This document shows positions 1 to 11,400 of a stretch of 64,000 nt of DNA, in pieces. The stretch's first letter is position 1. Each line of letters begins with the position of its first letter. The notes under the pieces were generated by a model. The model searched no databases, was not told the DNA's origin, and worked only from the letters and a program-made list of their open reading frames with translations. Source of the DNA: a virus. The stretch lies in the IMG/VR virus record IMGVR_UViG_3300032524_000070; one strand, 5' to 3'. The position numbers were made by a program, and so were the translations under genes.

Positions 1-1320
1 CCCCAGGCGTGGCGGACGGTGCTGTTCCAGAAGGTCCGCCAGATGGCACAGGACATCTACGAGCAGACCGGCCCGATGCCCGATGTCGAGAAGATCATCG
101 TCGATGCGACCACGGAGCTGCGGACGCTCTCGTGGGATGCCCTGCTCGACTCGGACGACGCCGCAGGGGGTCGTCAGTACGTGTCGGCTGTCGAGGCGCT
201 GGACACGGAGCCACCTCCGATGTTCAAGGCGCTGGACCCGAAGAATCCCGTGGCCGGGATGTCCGAGTTCGGCATCGCCCCGAATGTCATGTCGATGGGT
301 GTCGCTGCACAGGACGTGGAGACGTTGTTCTACGACCCGGTGGATGGGGGGCAGGGGCCGCTGCGGCATCGGGCCAGTGACTTCGTGCTCTGGGACGGCG
401 GCAGCATCGAGATCGTCTACGAGGAGTCCGACCCGGGGAACGTCCGTGCGCTCAAGGCCAGCTCGCCAGCGAGTCTGGTCCGCATCTACGACAAGTTCAC
501 GGACAAGGACGGCAAGCTGCTCGTCCCCGAGGACTGGCGGCAGTATTTCCAGGCGGTCGAGGCACAGTCGAAGGTGGTGGGCTCCGCTGACAAGGCCCCC
601 GTCTTCGTATCTGGAGCCTCGCAACTGGTGAAGTACACCAAGAGCGGCAGCTTGGTCGCTGCGTGGCCCGGAGCCCTTTTCTTGCGGGGCCTCTTCCGGC
701 TCTATGAAGACGGGCTTCTCTACCAGCAGGCGGCCATCGCCCTGCGGGTGGCTACGGCGGCATCGAGCCGGGCACCGGAGGACGGCGAGTGGATTGCCAT
801 GCGGCTGTTCGATGCCTTCCCGGAGCTGGAGACGTTCCTGAACGCGGTCGAGAACTGGGTGAAGTCCCTTGCGTCCGCCGCACAGTCGATGGCGGACGCC
901 ATCATCAAGTACATCGAGTTCGTGCAGGCGCAGATCGTGGAGCTACAGCAGCTCATCGGTCGCATCAACGGCTTGATCCAGTCGTTCCTGTCCTTCAGCT
1001 TCGCTCTGCCGGAGTTCAGCGGCCTGATGCTGTTGTCGGACGGCACGGACGGGGTGATGTCCGACCTGGTGACGGCCAAGAACAAGCCCTCGGACAGCCC
1101 CCTGTCCTACGCAGGCGGTCTGGCTCTCGTGATCCCCTTCGGCCCGTCCTTCATCTTCGACCTCATCGCTCTGGCTGGTGGGGAGGACAACGAGGGCTCG
1201 ACCCCCAATCCAGACCCCAACGTCGCCATGACGATGATCGGGGCTCCAGACGCCATCGGCATCGAGCAGATCCCGCCGGGTGCTGGGCCAGCCCCGACCG
1301 ATGAACCCGACGTGCTGTAG
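1..1320 (+). CDS. 5'-truncated hypothetical protein, probably virion/baseplate-associated
   Basis: Frame is open from base 1 to TAG at 1318-1320 with high GC3; lies directly upstream of the baseplate cluster. Confidence 0.6.
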   Translation, partial: PQAWRTVLFQKVRQMAQDIYEQTGPMPDVEKIIVDATTELRTLSWDALLDSDDAAGGRQYVSAVEALDTEPPPMFKALDPKNPVAGMSEFGIAPNVMSMGVAAQDVETLFYDPVDGGQGPLRHRASDFVLWDGGSIEIVYEESDPGNVRALKASSPASLVRIYDKFTDKDGKLLVPEDWRQYFQAVEAQSKVVGSADKAPVFVSGASQLVKYTKSGSLVAAWPGALFLRGLFRLYEDGLLYQQAAIALRVATAASSRAPEDGEWIAMRLFDAFPELETFLNAVENWVKSLASAAQSMADAIIKYIEFVQAQIVELQQLIGRINGLIQSFLSFSFALPEFSGLMLLSDGTDGVMSDLVTAKNKPSDSPLSYAGGLALVIPFGPSFIFDLIALAGGEDNEGSTPNPDPNVAMTMIGAPDAIGIEQIPPGAGPAPTDEPDVL

Positions 1321-1328
1321 GAGCTGCC

Positions 1329-2231
1329 ATGCCGTCGTTCACCAAGATGGGCAGCTTCCCGGTCGGATACTTCCGGGCGACGACTGCATGGCTGTTGCGG
1401 GAGCGGCGGGATGTCGTGACCCGCATCGCCACGTTGCAGGCAGAGATGGCCCGCATCGGCTTCGTCACCATGAACTACCGGAAGGTCAAGGAGGGCGACA
1501 GCACCAAGGCGACGGCAGAACGCCTCGGCTTCTCCATCCCAGAGGGCACGAGCCTCGCCCGGCTGGTCCAGGCGTACATCGCCACAGGCGGCAACCCGTT
1601 CAACATCTCCGGCTTCCTCCACCCGAACACCACAGAGGTATCTCCGGCGGCGGACGGTGGCGTGTCCGTGGCACAGGACTACCCCGGTGGTGGGGCTCCA
1701 GGAGCGCAGTCAGTCGCCTACGACAACCCCCTGCCCGAAGGCCCCAAGGACGGCAGCACGAACCCTCAGAAGTCCGGCTACGAGGCCTACGAGGGCGGCT
1801 ACATCGACCACCCTGGCTACAAGCCTGCCCGGCAGGGCGGCAGGATGGACCGGGGCTCCTGGGATGACGCCACGGTCGTCCGGGTGATGCACGACACCCG
1901 CAACTGGGCGAACAAGGAGATCAAGGCCCGGCTCCAGAACAAGGAGTGGCAGATCATCAAGCTCTCCGACTGCTGGGAGCAGCTCCGGGTGGAGCGGGAT
2001 GAAGTGCTCATGGAGGCGTTCGGCGGGCAGTTGGTTGACCTGCCCGCCATGGACGACGAGACGTTCGACACCAAGCGGCTCTGCCAGGTCATCATCGCCG
2101 ACATGTACGCGCTCCTGTTCGACGTGGATGACTCCGGCATCCCGACCGGATTCAAGCCGAGTCCCACCCTCGGTCTGCTCTATTTCGCCTACGAGGACGT
2201 GCCCGGGGACGACGCAGGCCCCATGGGCTGA
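1329..2231 (+). CDS. hypothetical protein (structural module)
   Basis: 300 aa ORF, AGGAG RBS overlapping the upstream stop, typical codon usage. Confidence 0.7.
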   Translation: MPSFTKMGSFPVGYFRATTAWLLRERRDVVTRIATLQAEMARIGFVTMNYRKVKEGDSTKATAERLGFSIPEGTSLARLVQAYIATGGNPFNISGFLHPNTTEVSPAADGGVSVAQDYPGGGAPGAQSVAYDNPLPEGPKDGSTNPQKSGYEAYEGGYIDHPGYKPARQGGRMDRGSWDDATVVRVMHDTRNWANKEIKARLQNKEWQIIKLSDCWEQLRVERDEVLMEAFGGQLVDLPAMDDETFDTKRLCQVIIADMYALLFDVDDSGIPTGFKPSPTLGLLYFAYEDVPGDDAGPMG

Positions 2232-2262
2232 CGGTTTCGGGCCTATACCTCGCCAGTGGTGA
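2232..2262 (+). promoter_or_regulatory. putative late promoter motif CGGT-N5-GCCTAT-N11-GGTGA, copy 1
   Basis: Intergenic cggt-ttcgg-gcctat; same motif recurs at 18004, 27959, 48532 and partially at 8358. Confidence 0.6.
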
Positions 2263-2277
2263 GGCCCTAGGAGGTTC

Positions 2278-3453
2278 ATGTCCCTGGAGTTCCAGCTCGC
2301 ATTCCCCTGTCCACATCTGACGGTGGAAGAGGTGGTGTCCCTTGGAGACGATAGGCGGTCGCTAAACACGCGACAGCCGGTGGCGTCTGCCGGACAGGTG
2401 CGTGTGCTCGTCAACGACGACTTCTCCATCCCCCGCGAGGGCGTGCTCTCGGCAGCCGTGCTCTCCAGCTCGGTCTCTGGCCCCTTCGACATCATCGAGA
2501 ACGAGGACACCCTCACGGTCGAGGCCAGTGGCGGTACGGCCACCTTGTCCTTCGGGGCGGTGGGGACCATCCGGCTGACGACGGATCAGGTCGTCCGGCG
2601 GACGACCATCGCTGGCTGGGAGCACGTCGAGGTCCGCAACGACAACGGCCACATGGTCTTCGTGGACATCAACAAGGTCGGCCCCTCGGCCTTCGTCAAG
2701 GTGCGAGGCACGGTGGCCTCTGCTCTGGGCTTCGGTCAGCCGACGCTCTCGGGCAGGCAGTGGGCGGCCTACGGCAAGGAGGTCTACCCCGGGTGGGACC
2801 TGTACCTCCGGCCCGACACCATCACCAACCGCTTCCCCCGGTTCCGCAAGCCGCTCCGCTTGAACCCGATGCTCAAGGTGACCTATGCCGTCCCGGTGCA
2901 GCGGTGCCTGCGATGCCAGGCGGGCTTCATCGAGAACGACTTCCGGTTCGACGCCAGCGGCAACATGCTGCTCATTCAGAACGAGGACTTGCTCTACCAG
3001 GCGGCCCTCAAGATTCTGCTGACCGACCGGGGCTCCAACCCCTTCTTCCCGTGGTACGGCACGACCATCCGGGAGCGCATCGGCAGCAAGGCTCTGTCCG
3101 GCGTCGCATCGGTCCTCAGCGAGGACGTGCGGAAGGCCCTGAGCCGCGTCCAGTCGCTTCAGACGGAGCAGGCGAAGTACCAGCAGGTCACGTTCAAGGA
3201 ACGGCTCTACAGCGTCCTGGCGGTGGACGTGAAGCGCCACACGCAGGACGCGAGCACCTATCTCATCGAGGTCACGGTGCAGAACGCTTCTGGGGAGCCC
3301 ATCTCCCTCAACATCGTCTTCTCGGTGCCCGAGGTGGTGGCCCTGATGGGGAGCAACGGCTTGATGCTAGGCGCGAAGTCAGCAGGGCTCGGGACCACAG
3401 AGGCCCGCCAGCTCTTCAAGAATGACCGCAACCTGCTGACCGGAGGCCAGTGA
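2278..3453 (+). CDS. baseplate wedge protein with C-terminal gp25/GPW-like domain
   Basis: C-terminal LLYQAALKILLTDRGSNPFFPWYGTTI resembles the gp25 family motif; precedes a baseplate J-like gene; AGGAGG RBS. Confidence 0.7.
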   Translation: MSLEFQLAFPCPHLTVEEVVSLGDDRRSLNTRQPVASAGQVRVLVNDDFSIPREGVLSAAVLSSSVSGPFDIIENEDTLTVEASGGTATLSFGAVGTIRLTTDQVVRRTTIAGWEHVEVRNDNGHMVFVDINKVGPSAFVKVRGTVASALGFGQPTLSGRQWAAYGKEVYPGWDLYLRPDTITNRFPRFRKPLRLNPMLKVTYAVPVQRCLRCQAGFIENDFRFDASGNMLLIQNEDLLYQAALKILLTDRGSNPFFPWYGTTIRERIGSKALSGVASVLSEDVRKALSRVQSLQTEQAKYQQVTFKERLYSVLAVDVKRHTQDASTYLIEVTVQNASGEPISLNIVFSVPEVVALMGSNGLMLGAKSAGLGTTEARQLFKNDRNLLTGGQ

Positions 3454-6400
3454 TGGCTGCATACCCAGAGTTCCGAGGCCCGGACGGCACGCTCCGGCAG
3501 AAGTTCATCCTCTCCACGACCCTCCCGAACCAGGTGTTCACCGGGGCCATGCCCCTCGACACGGTGGACATGCAGGTGTCGGTGCGAGGCGGGACGTACA
3601 CCAGCGACCCCGACTACATCACCTTCGAGGGTACCGGCTTCACGGTCCCCAACCCGTCCGCCTTCCCTGACGGCCTCCAGCTCCTTCCGGGCAGCAACGA
3701 GATCAAGGTCAAGGCCATCCTCTCCACAGGGTCGGTCACGCAGGAGGCAATTCTCCAGGCCAACCTCTCGCTCGAAGCGGACATCGGCGACCTGGCTGAC
3801 CCACCGACCGGCATCTTCTTGGAGCGGTTCAACTCGACGGTCAGGGTCACGGTCGAGGGCCTGACCAACACGAACGTCGCGGGCTACCACTTCTACGCCT
3901 CCACTCAGCCGGGTGGCGGTGACGTGGGCTACTTCCGCATCAACCCCTCGCTGGTCATCTCCGGCGAGGTGGTGGAGGCCACGGACGCCCTGGCGACCCT
4001 CTCGGTCGATGCGAGCATCGTGCTCGACTCCGAGGGCTTCCACGCGGCTGACCCACTGAACTTCCGGTTCCGGGGCACACAGGAGGACAGAGACGACCTG
4101 GTGCTGGGCATCAACTTCGATGAGCTGCTGGAGGTCCCGGAGACGGCCAGCAAGCTCCGCATCGCCACGATCATCCAGACGGTGCGGGAGACCCAGCAGT
4201 ACACCTTCGAGCACGACCGGCAGGCGTCGCTGGAGAGCACTTTCCCTGCTCTGCCACACGCTGATCTGGCGACGGTGCCGGAGGCCGACCCGCTCTACTA
4301 CGTCGCCACGGCCATCCACATCATCAACGGCGAGGAGATCGAGAGCTTCTTCAGCCCGGAGGTGCTGGGGGCTCCCCTGCGGATCACCCCGTCCGTGGGC
4401 TCGTTCCCGCAGGTCACCCGTCAGCAGATGGTCAAGGGAGCCGTCCTGTCCATCTACCGGAGCCAGCCGCAGGTCCGGGTGGACCCGGGCTCAGCTCTGC
4501 GGGACACGTTCATCGACCCCTTCACGACCGAGGCGGATCGTGTCCGGTTCATCATCGACTTCCTGCACAACGCCCAGAGCTTCCCGACGCTGCTGCTCAT
4601 CGACGACCCCGGCTTCACCGGCACGTCGATCCCTGTCGCGCAGTCGTCGTACAAGACGGCCTTGCGGGAGGCGTTCTTCCTGACATCGGACGCCCAGGTC
4701 CAGACGATCATCGACAACGCCTTCGACAAGCTCGCCAGCAACTACGGCGTCATCCGGGACGGCGGCAAGCGAGCCCGAGGCGAGGTCACCTTCTTCGTGA
4801 CCAACCGGCCCACGACCTCCATCACCAAGACCATCGGGACCATCTGCCTGGGTGGTGGGACGACGTTCCGCACGACATCCACTGCTGTCATCTCGCCCAC
4901 GGGAGCCGGACGGAACTTCAACCCGTCCACGGGTCGCTACTTCGGCAGGGCCTTCATCCAGGCAGACGCGGCTGGATCTGCGGGCAACCTGTCCGAGGGG
5001 CAGGTGTCGGTCATCTCCAACAACACGTTGAACGTCCAGGTGACCAACGAGTCCAGGACGTTCGGCGGCACCGACAGGCAGTCGAACCGCGACATCGCTC
5101 TCGAAGCCATGCGGGTCATCGCCTCCGTGGATTCGGGTACCCGCATGGGGTACGTGGACAACGCCATCAAGACGCCGGGCGTCGAGCAGGTGAGCGTCAT
5201 CGAGTCCGGTCACGCCTTGATGATGCGGGACCGCAACGACGCGGGCCGCCACGTCGGCGGCAAGGTGGACATCTACCTGCGGGGCAGCTCCGAGGCCAAG
5301 GTCACGGACTCGTTCGCCTTCGGCTTCCAGACCCGCCAGGCCCAGCAGTTCGAGCCGGTCGGCGACCTGGCGACTCTGCGCTTCCGGGCGGTGGACCCGG
5401 CCCTCTCGGCTGAGAACCCGCTCATCGAGATGCTGGACCTGCCCAGCATCGATCTGGTCTTCGAGAACGCCAGCAAGAGCCTGGTGTTCGACCTGACCGA
5501 CGTGCAGTACGTCGCCTACGACCAGATCCAGCTCGACGCAGCTCTCAACGACCCCACGAGCCATGACCTCGACGACGAGTACCGGGGTAGCTACCGCTAC
5601 CGCACGTCGGACAAGTTCGTGATGACCCGCCAGCCCGTCATTTCGGTGACCAGCTTCGTGGGTGCTCAGACCGGGGCACTGGTCGAGGGCATCTACGACC
5701 TCTACCGGGCGTCCGACCCGCTGGAGCTGGGCCGCTCCACGGACGCAGGCGACTACGTGCAGGTCACGGAGCCTCTGACCTCCGGGGCCACCATCCCCTC
5801 GTCTACGCCGATCACGGTGCCCGGCGAGGCCCACACGATGCTCGACGGCATCGAGTACCTGAACAACCTGGGTGCCAACTTCTTGACGGTCCGGGTGTGG
5901 AACACCGAACGGACCATCGAGTACAACGGCCCCCTCTCGACGGCCATCCGGGACTTCACCATTATCGACGGGACGGAGCGGGTGCCCCTCGGCCTCCAGC
6001 TCACGGACGGCAGCCGCATCGTCGAGGGCCAGTCGGTGCTGGTGGACTACTCGCACGACGAGAACTTCACCATCGAGTACCTGAGCAACGCGGTCGTTCG
6101 GGTCGTCCAGGAGAACATCGACAACGACTCCCACATCACGGCGGACGCCATCGCCAAGTGGGCGGTCGATGTCCCGGTGGACTTCACCGCCACCATCGTC
6201 CTGCTGGCCAACACGAACGCCAACGTGGTGGACGGCCTTGTCCGTACTGCCCTGGCCCGGCTGTTCAACACCTTCGGTCTAGGCACAGCCGTCCGGCAGT
6301 CCGACGTGATTCGCGCGATTGATGCCGTCGTCGGGGTCAGCTACGTCATCACCCCGTTGACCCTCATGGTCCGGGGCGACGGGGCACAGATCGTCCGCGA

Positions 6401-6938
6401 GGTGGTGACCACCGACGCCGACACCGATGCGACGCTGGTGACGGCCTGGTCCTCCCCCACCGTCTCCGTCTACCTCCTCGTCAACGCTCTGGACGCGGCA
6501 ACTTCAAACGCAGGTGGGCTCCGCAAGGAGTTCCGGGGCGTTTTCCAGGACGAGGTACGGCTCGTCCACCACGAGACAGCTCCGAACGTCAACGGCTTCC
6601 CGCTCCGGGGCTCCGCAGGTGGCAGCTTCATCATCGGGAGGGACGGGCTGAACATCCCGGGGGTCAGCGACGACGTGACCATCACGGCTGCCTACGTCCT
6701 GCCGTCCAACGTGGACGAGAAGGCCGCCGAGATCCTCCGCATCCGCCGGGTGCTGACGGCGAACCGGGTGCTGGCGAGCTTCGTGCCGGGTGGGGTCATC
6801 CCGGACAGCCCGAAGCTGCACGACTACACGGTGACCTACGTGGTCAACGGCGACACCGGGGTCAAGAACATCGAGCCCGGCCCCATCGAGTACCTGACCA
6901 TCGGTGACCTGAACTTCGTCTACGACGAGCGGACCTGA
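3453..6938 (+). CDS. extended baseplate J-like (gp6-type) wedge protein
   Basis: VDPGSALRDTFIDP, YGVIRDGGKRARGEVTF, GSAGNL, FGGTDRQS, GGKVDIY and GLGTAVRQSDVI motifs typical of baseplate J; TGATG overlap with upstream gene. Confidence 0.8.
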   Translation: MAAYPEFRGPDGTLRQKFILSTTLPNQVFTGAMPLDTVDMQVSVRGGTYTSDPDYITFEGTGFTVPNPSAFPDGLQLLPGSNEIKVKAILSTGSVTQEAILQANLSLEADIGDLADPPTGIFLERFNSTVRVTVEGLTNTNVAGYHFYASTQPGGGDVGYFRINPSLVISGEVVEATDALATLSVDASIVLDSEGFHAADPLNFRFRGTQEDRDDLVLGINFDELLEVPETASKLRIATIIQTVRETQQYTFEHDRQASLESTFPALPHADLATVPEADPLYYVATAIHIINGEEIESFFSPEVLGAPLRITPSVGSFPQVTRQQMVKGAVLSIYRSQPQVRVDPGSALRDTFIDPFTTEADRVRFIIDFLHNAQSFPTLLLIDDPGFTGTSIPVAQSSYKTALREAFFLTSDAQVQTIIDNAFDKLASNYGVIRDGGKRARGEVTFFVTNRPTTSITKTIGTICLGGGTTFRTTSTAVISPTGAGRNFNPSTGRYFGRAFIQADAAGSAGNLSEGQVSVISNNTLNVQVTNESRTFGGTDRQSNRDIALEAMRVIASVDSGTRMGYVDNAIKTPGVEQVSVIESGHALMMRDRNDAGRHVGGKVDIYLRGSSEAKVTDSFAFGFQTRQAQQFEPVGDLATLRFRAVDPALSAENPLIEMLDLPSIDLVFENASKSLVFDLTDVQYVAYDQIQLDAALNDPTSHDLDDEYRGSYRYRTSDKFVMTRQPVISVTSFVGAQTGALVEGIYDLYRASDPLELGRSTDAGDYVQVTEPLTSGATIPSSTPITVPGEAHTMLDGIEYLNNLGANFLTVRVWNTERTIEYNGPLSTAIRDFTIIDGTERVPLGLQLTDGSRIVEGQSVLVDYSHDENFTIEYLSNAVVRVVQENIDNDSHITADAIAKWAVDVPVDFTATIVLLANTNANVVDGLVRTALARLFNTFGLGTAVRQSDVIRAIDAVVGVSYVITPLTLMVRGDGAQIVREVVTTDADTDATLVTAWSSPTVSVYLLVNALDAATSNAGGLRKEFRGVFQDEVRLVHHETAPNVNGFPLRGSAGGSFIIGRDGLNIPGVSDDVTITAAYVLPSNVDEKAAEILRIRRVLTANRVLASFVPGGVIPDSPKLHDYTVTYVVNGDTGVKNIEPGPIEYLTIGDLNFVYDERT

Positions 6939-8344
6939 TGGCGGACAAGCCTGCCACCCCGAGTCTGCTCCCGACTCTGCTGACGCAGAATCCTGCCCCT
7001 GTGGGCGGGTCGGGTCAGGACCGGATCAAGGCGCGACGCGAGCAGGTGGACAGCATCATGTCTGTCTTCATGCAGGTGCTCCCGTCGAACTACGTCGCGC
7101 AGGTGCAGGGGCCGTTCTACACCGTCCAGTTCCAGGCAGCCGCAGAGGCCATCGCCGACTTCCAGATCACCGCGCAGGAAGCGTTCAGCGACTCCGACTA
7201 CGACTACATGCGCGGCGAGTTCCTGTTTCAGCTCCTCGGCTCCCTGGTCTTCCCCGATGCGACGAGCGATGGCTACCCCACGCTCAAGGGTGACCTGACC
7301 TACCGCGAGTTCCTGAAGCGGATGGTGCTTCTGCTGCTCCAGGGGGCTACCAAGAGCACGGTCGAGGGTGGTCTGGACCTGCTCTCCGAGGCCACGTTCA
7401 CGGTCATCGAGAAGGTCATCGCGGCCCGGGACACCAAGAAGAAGGTCTTCAACAAGGCCCTCGGCATCTACGAGATGCTGCCTGGCTCGGCCTGGGGCCT
7501 GGACGACCAGTTCGAGTTCGAGATCAACGTCTCCTACCTCGACCCGACCACGGGCACGCAGCGGTTCCCCGAAGACCCCTTCATCCTTTCTGAGAACGTC
7601 CGCATCGTCATGCGGGCCTTGAAGCCTGCCCACACCCTCTACGAGTACCGGCACCTCTTCACAGAGGCGTTCGGAGCCATGTTCGACGGCTCTGTCTCCT
7701 GGGACCTGTCGAGCTACTACTACGCCGACTTTCGCCGCTTCTGCTGCGGTGCGAAGAACCTGACGGGGACGGCTGGCATCACCTGGACCGACCGCACGCT
7801 GTTCAGCGACTCGACCCGCGAGTTCACCCAGCTCAAGGCCGGTTCGGATCTGGTCATCACCTCCGGCCCGAACAGCATCCACGTCGGCGGGACGGAAGGC
7901 ACTGGAGCCTCCACAGACCGCCGCCACATCGGTCGCTACCGGGTCGTGGACGTGTTGACCTTCCCGGTAGGCACGGACGCTACCGCGAGGGCCTACACGA
8001 CCTCTGGTGGCCTCTCAGGTACGGCCACGGTGGTCGGGAACGTGGTCGAGGACACGGCTCAGGACTGGAGTGCTGCGGCCAAGGGCGAGACCCTGACCTT
8101 CACGGAGGGGCCGAACGCAGGGACGTACCGGCTCAAGGCTGTGCTGGGCAACTACGGAGGCCCCGTGGGTGAGGCTCCTGGGCCTGGAACACGGGTACAG
8201 GTGGCATCGAGCCTCCTGCGAATCGAACGTCGAATGAAGCAAGCGACATCGGGCCAGAGCTACACGGTGACGGTGGACCGTCTAGGTGTGCAGGAGCCCC
8301 ATGCGGTGGCGGGGGAAGATGCCTCCATCTACTTCGTCCTGTAG
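6938..8344 (+). CDS. putative baseplate wedge protein (gpI/gp7 position)
   Basis: Translationally coupled to J; YREFLKRMVLLLLQGAT and LKPAHT motifs resemble tail protein I-like proteins. Confidence 0.55.
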   Translation: MADKPATPSLLPTLLTQNPAPVGGSGQDRIKARREQVDSIMSVFMQVLPSNYVAQVQGPFYTVQFQAAAEAIADFQITAQEAFSDSDYDYMRGEFLFQLLGSLVFPDATSDGYPTLKGDLTYREFLKRMVLLLLQGATKSTVEGGLDLLSEATFTVIEKVIAARDTKKKVFNKALGIYEMLPGSAWGLDDQFEFEINVSYLDPTTGTQRFPEDPFILSENVRIVMRALKPAHTLYEYRHLFTEAFGAMFDGSVSWDLSSYYYADFRRFCCGAKNLTGTAGITWTDRTLFSDSTREFTQLKAGSDLVITSGPNSIHVGGTEGTGASTDRRHIGRYRVVDVLTFPVGTDATARAYTTSGGLSGTATVVGNVVEDTAQDWSAAAKGETLTFTEGPNAGTYRLKAVLGNYGGPVGEAPGPGTRVQVASSLLRIERRMKQATSGQSYTVTVDRLGVQEPHAVAGEDASIYFVL

Positions 8345-8357
8345 CTGCCAAGAATCA

Positions 8358-8380
8358 GCCTATACGGCGGGGGAAGGTGA
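8358..8380 (+). promoter_or_regulatory. putative late promoter motif, partial copy
   Basis: gcctat-N12-ggtga in intergenic region; lacks the CGGT half. Confidence 0.45.
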
Positions 8381-8407
8381 GGGCCTCGTGCTCCAACGGA
8401 GGATCGA

Positions 8408-11400
8408 ATGCCTGCGGTAATCGAAAGCACCCTGTACGAGTCTCCCGGTGGAGCGGTCGTCGCAGGTTCCACACAGCAGAACAGCCGGGATGATCTCCGG
8501 CTGGGCTACCAGGTCACGCTGAACTCGGTACAGGCGGGCACCACCTACTCGTGGACCCTCGCGTTCGCGTCGGACTCCCCCGGCACGACCGTTGCTGGCA
8601 CCCCGTTCGACGGCACGGACTCCGCATCGTCCCTGCTGCCCCCAGAGGGCAGCACAAGCAAGACCGCGAAGTTCAACGTGGACTTCGAGGGCACGTACCT
8701 CATCCGCCTGACCGTGGACGCTGGACTTCCGACCGAGGACTCGCAGTTCATCCGGGCGAGGGTGCTGACCCTCTTCGGCTCGCTCAAGCTCATCGCGGCT
8801 GGCGAACGACGGGACGAGAACGGCGTCATCCCGGTAGACGCGACCCCCGAGGGGTGGGCGAACGACCAGAACGCGAACATGCAGCGGGTCGCTCTGCTGC
8901 TGCGTCGGGTGTCCCACAGCGGTCGCATCCTGTTCGTGGACAGCAACCGTGGTCGGGACTTCACCGAGGACCAGGACGACTACGACAACGTGATCGCCAT
9001 CCCCGGGCCGGAAGTGGCTCGACCGGAGGCGACGGGCATGAAGTTGCGGGCGATGGCCCACGGCGACTTCTCATCCATCAACCAGGCCATCGCCTACGCC
9101 TCTGCGGCAGCAGCTCGTGGGGAGCCTGCCCCCAGTCAGAATGAGCCGTACTACATCGTGATCCGCAAGGGTCGGTACGCCGAAGACCTGAACCTGGTGC
9201 CCTTCGTCCACCTGGTCGGGGACGACATCACCTTCACCAACATCGACATCAGCTCCGGTGGCCTCGGCAACGTCATCAACTACGGGGTGTCGGTCCAGTC
9301 CGTGAACGTGGCGGGAACGGGTACGCACCGTTTCAACCCGCTGGCGAACGCTGAGAACGCCTGGTGCTTCCTGTTCAACATGGCGTTGCAGGGGTCGGCG
9401 AACACCACGCTGCCGGTCCTCGATCAGCTTGGTGGTGCGATCAAGCTCTTCGGGTGCGCCGTCTTGCAGGATGGCGATGCCGTCAACCAGGGCGAGGCCA
9501 TCCGGTGTGTCGTATCCAACCCGGCTCACACCCCGGCCCTCTGGCTGGAGGACTGCTTCGTCCAGTCCGATGCGACCACGGCTGACCGGGTAGCGGTCAG
9601 GTTCAACGCGACCGGGGGCATCCTCAACCTCATCCACAGCCAGGTCGTCGCGGAGTCGTGCCAGGGCATCGTGGTGAACGAGGCCCTCTACACGGTCTGC
9701 GAGTGCTACGTCCGGGGTGACTCACTCCTCGTTGGAACCCCTCCCTACGTCGGGTACGGCTCGCTTCAGCGGTTCGAGGACTCCACCACCAGTCCAGTGG
9801 GCGGCGGCACTCCCTCCATCAACGTGAGCGCCTTCGGTGGCGGTGCGGGCAGCAAGCCCGGCGATGTCACCCTCGACGTGCAACGGATGACGCTCAACGG
9901 CGTCATCTCCTTCGAGACCGCCGCTGCCGTTGGTTCGACCGTGCTGGTCAACTCCGGCAACGTGAACCGTCTCGGCGGGGCGACCCCCCACGTCCTCCTG
10001 CCGGACGCTCCGGGCGACCTGCCGAACCTCTCCATGCCCATCTTCGACGGGGAGTCGGTCGGCTACCTGCCGAACCACTCCGATCCCCTGCTGGGCCCCG
10101 GTGGTCCGACGACCATCAACGCCGCCAACCAACTCCAGAAGCGGAACCTCCAGGAGGTCGTAGACCGCATCCTGCTGGGCGTCTTCCCCGTCGTCGGGAG
10201 CCCCTTCTACTCGCTGCACACGGCCTACAGCGGCCTGGCGTCCCTCAACCCGCCGACGCTGGGCACCGGGCTCGGGCGGACCATCATCGCCAACGGTGGT
10301 GCGGTCCAGATCACCGGAGGCACGGCCCCGTTCGCTCTTGACGCAGAGCGGAAGGATGGTGGTCTCCAGACCGAAGGCGTCATCGACATCGGCGGGCTCA
10401 TCGGTGGAACGGGCTCTACCCCTCTGGCCTTGGTCGGGCACTCGGAGATCCACCTCAACCCGAACATGATGGGCGTCGGCCCCGTCATCGCCCTTGGACG
10501 AGCTGCCTGGACCACTGGCGTCAACGGTGGCGACCGGGGCTTCCCGGCTGCCGTCATCCGTGCGGACTCCGCGACAGCCCCGGCACTTCCGACTTTGTCG
10601 CCCTACCACATCCACCTCCGCACGCTTTCGGGGAAGAACTCGAACACGGGTGGGCTCGGGAACATCTACATCGCTGCTGGCGGCATCACAGATCCAGCCA
10701 GCGTTGACAACCCGGGCCATGTCCACATCAACGGCGGTGGGCACCTCAATGCAGGTGCCGGGAGCACAGGCGACATCTGGCTCGCTCCTGGTGACCTGTT
10801 CGGAGCAGCGGGGTTCGGCAAGGTCTGGTTCGCCGGAACGAACGGCACTCCGGCGAGTCTGACGGCTGCTGGCCCCTGGATCGGAGGCACCGCTGGGGTC
10901 ATCACCATCGGTACGCCGAACGGCGTGGAGTTCTTCACCTTCACGGGTGCTGAGGCCAACGTCGCGGCAGCCACCGCCTTGTTCAACGCGACGGCCAGGG
11001 CCTTCATCGCTACCGACGATGGTGCCACCATCACGCTCATCGCCAACCCCAGCCCGGCCAGCGACATCGTGTGCCTCGGGGACGATGGCAGCGGGGTGAA
11101 CGTCAACCTCGGTGACTTCCTTCCGGCAACGGCGACGTTCACGCCCGGAACCTACGGCGACCTGATCTCCGTGGACGTGCCGGTGAACGGTCGTCTGCGG
11201 GTGAACGGTGACCTCCAGGTCACGGGAGCCATCATCGGGACGGTGGCTCCGGCCTACCGGGCGATCACCGGGGCTGACGCCTACCCGTATCCCTCGCTGG
11301 CGACTGAGCTGATCCTCGGGGCACAGCTCGTGGCCACCCTGGACCGCACCATCGTCCTCAACCCGGCCTACCCCATCGGAACCACGGTCGTCGTCAAGGA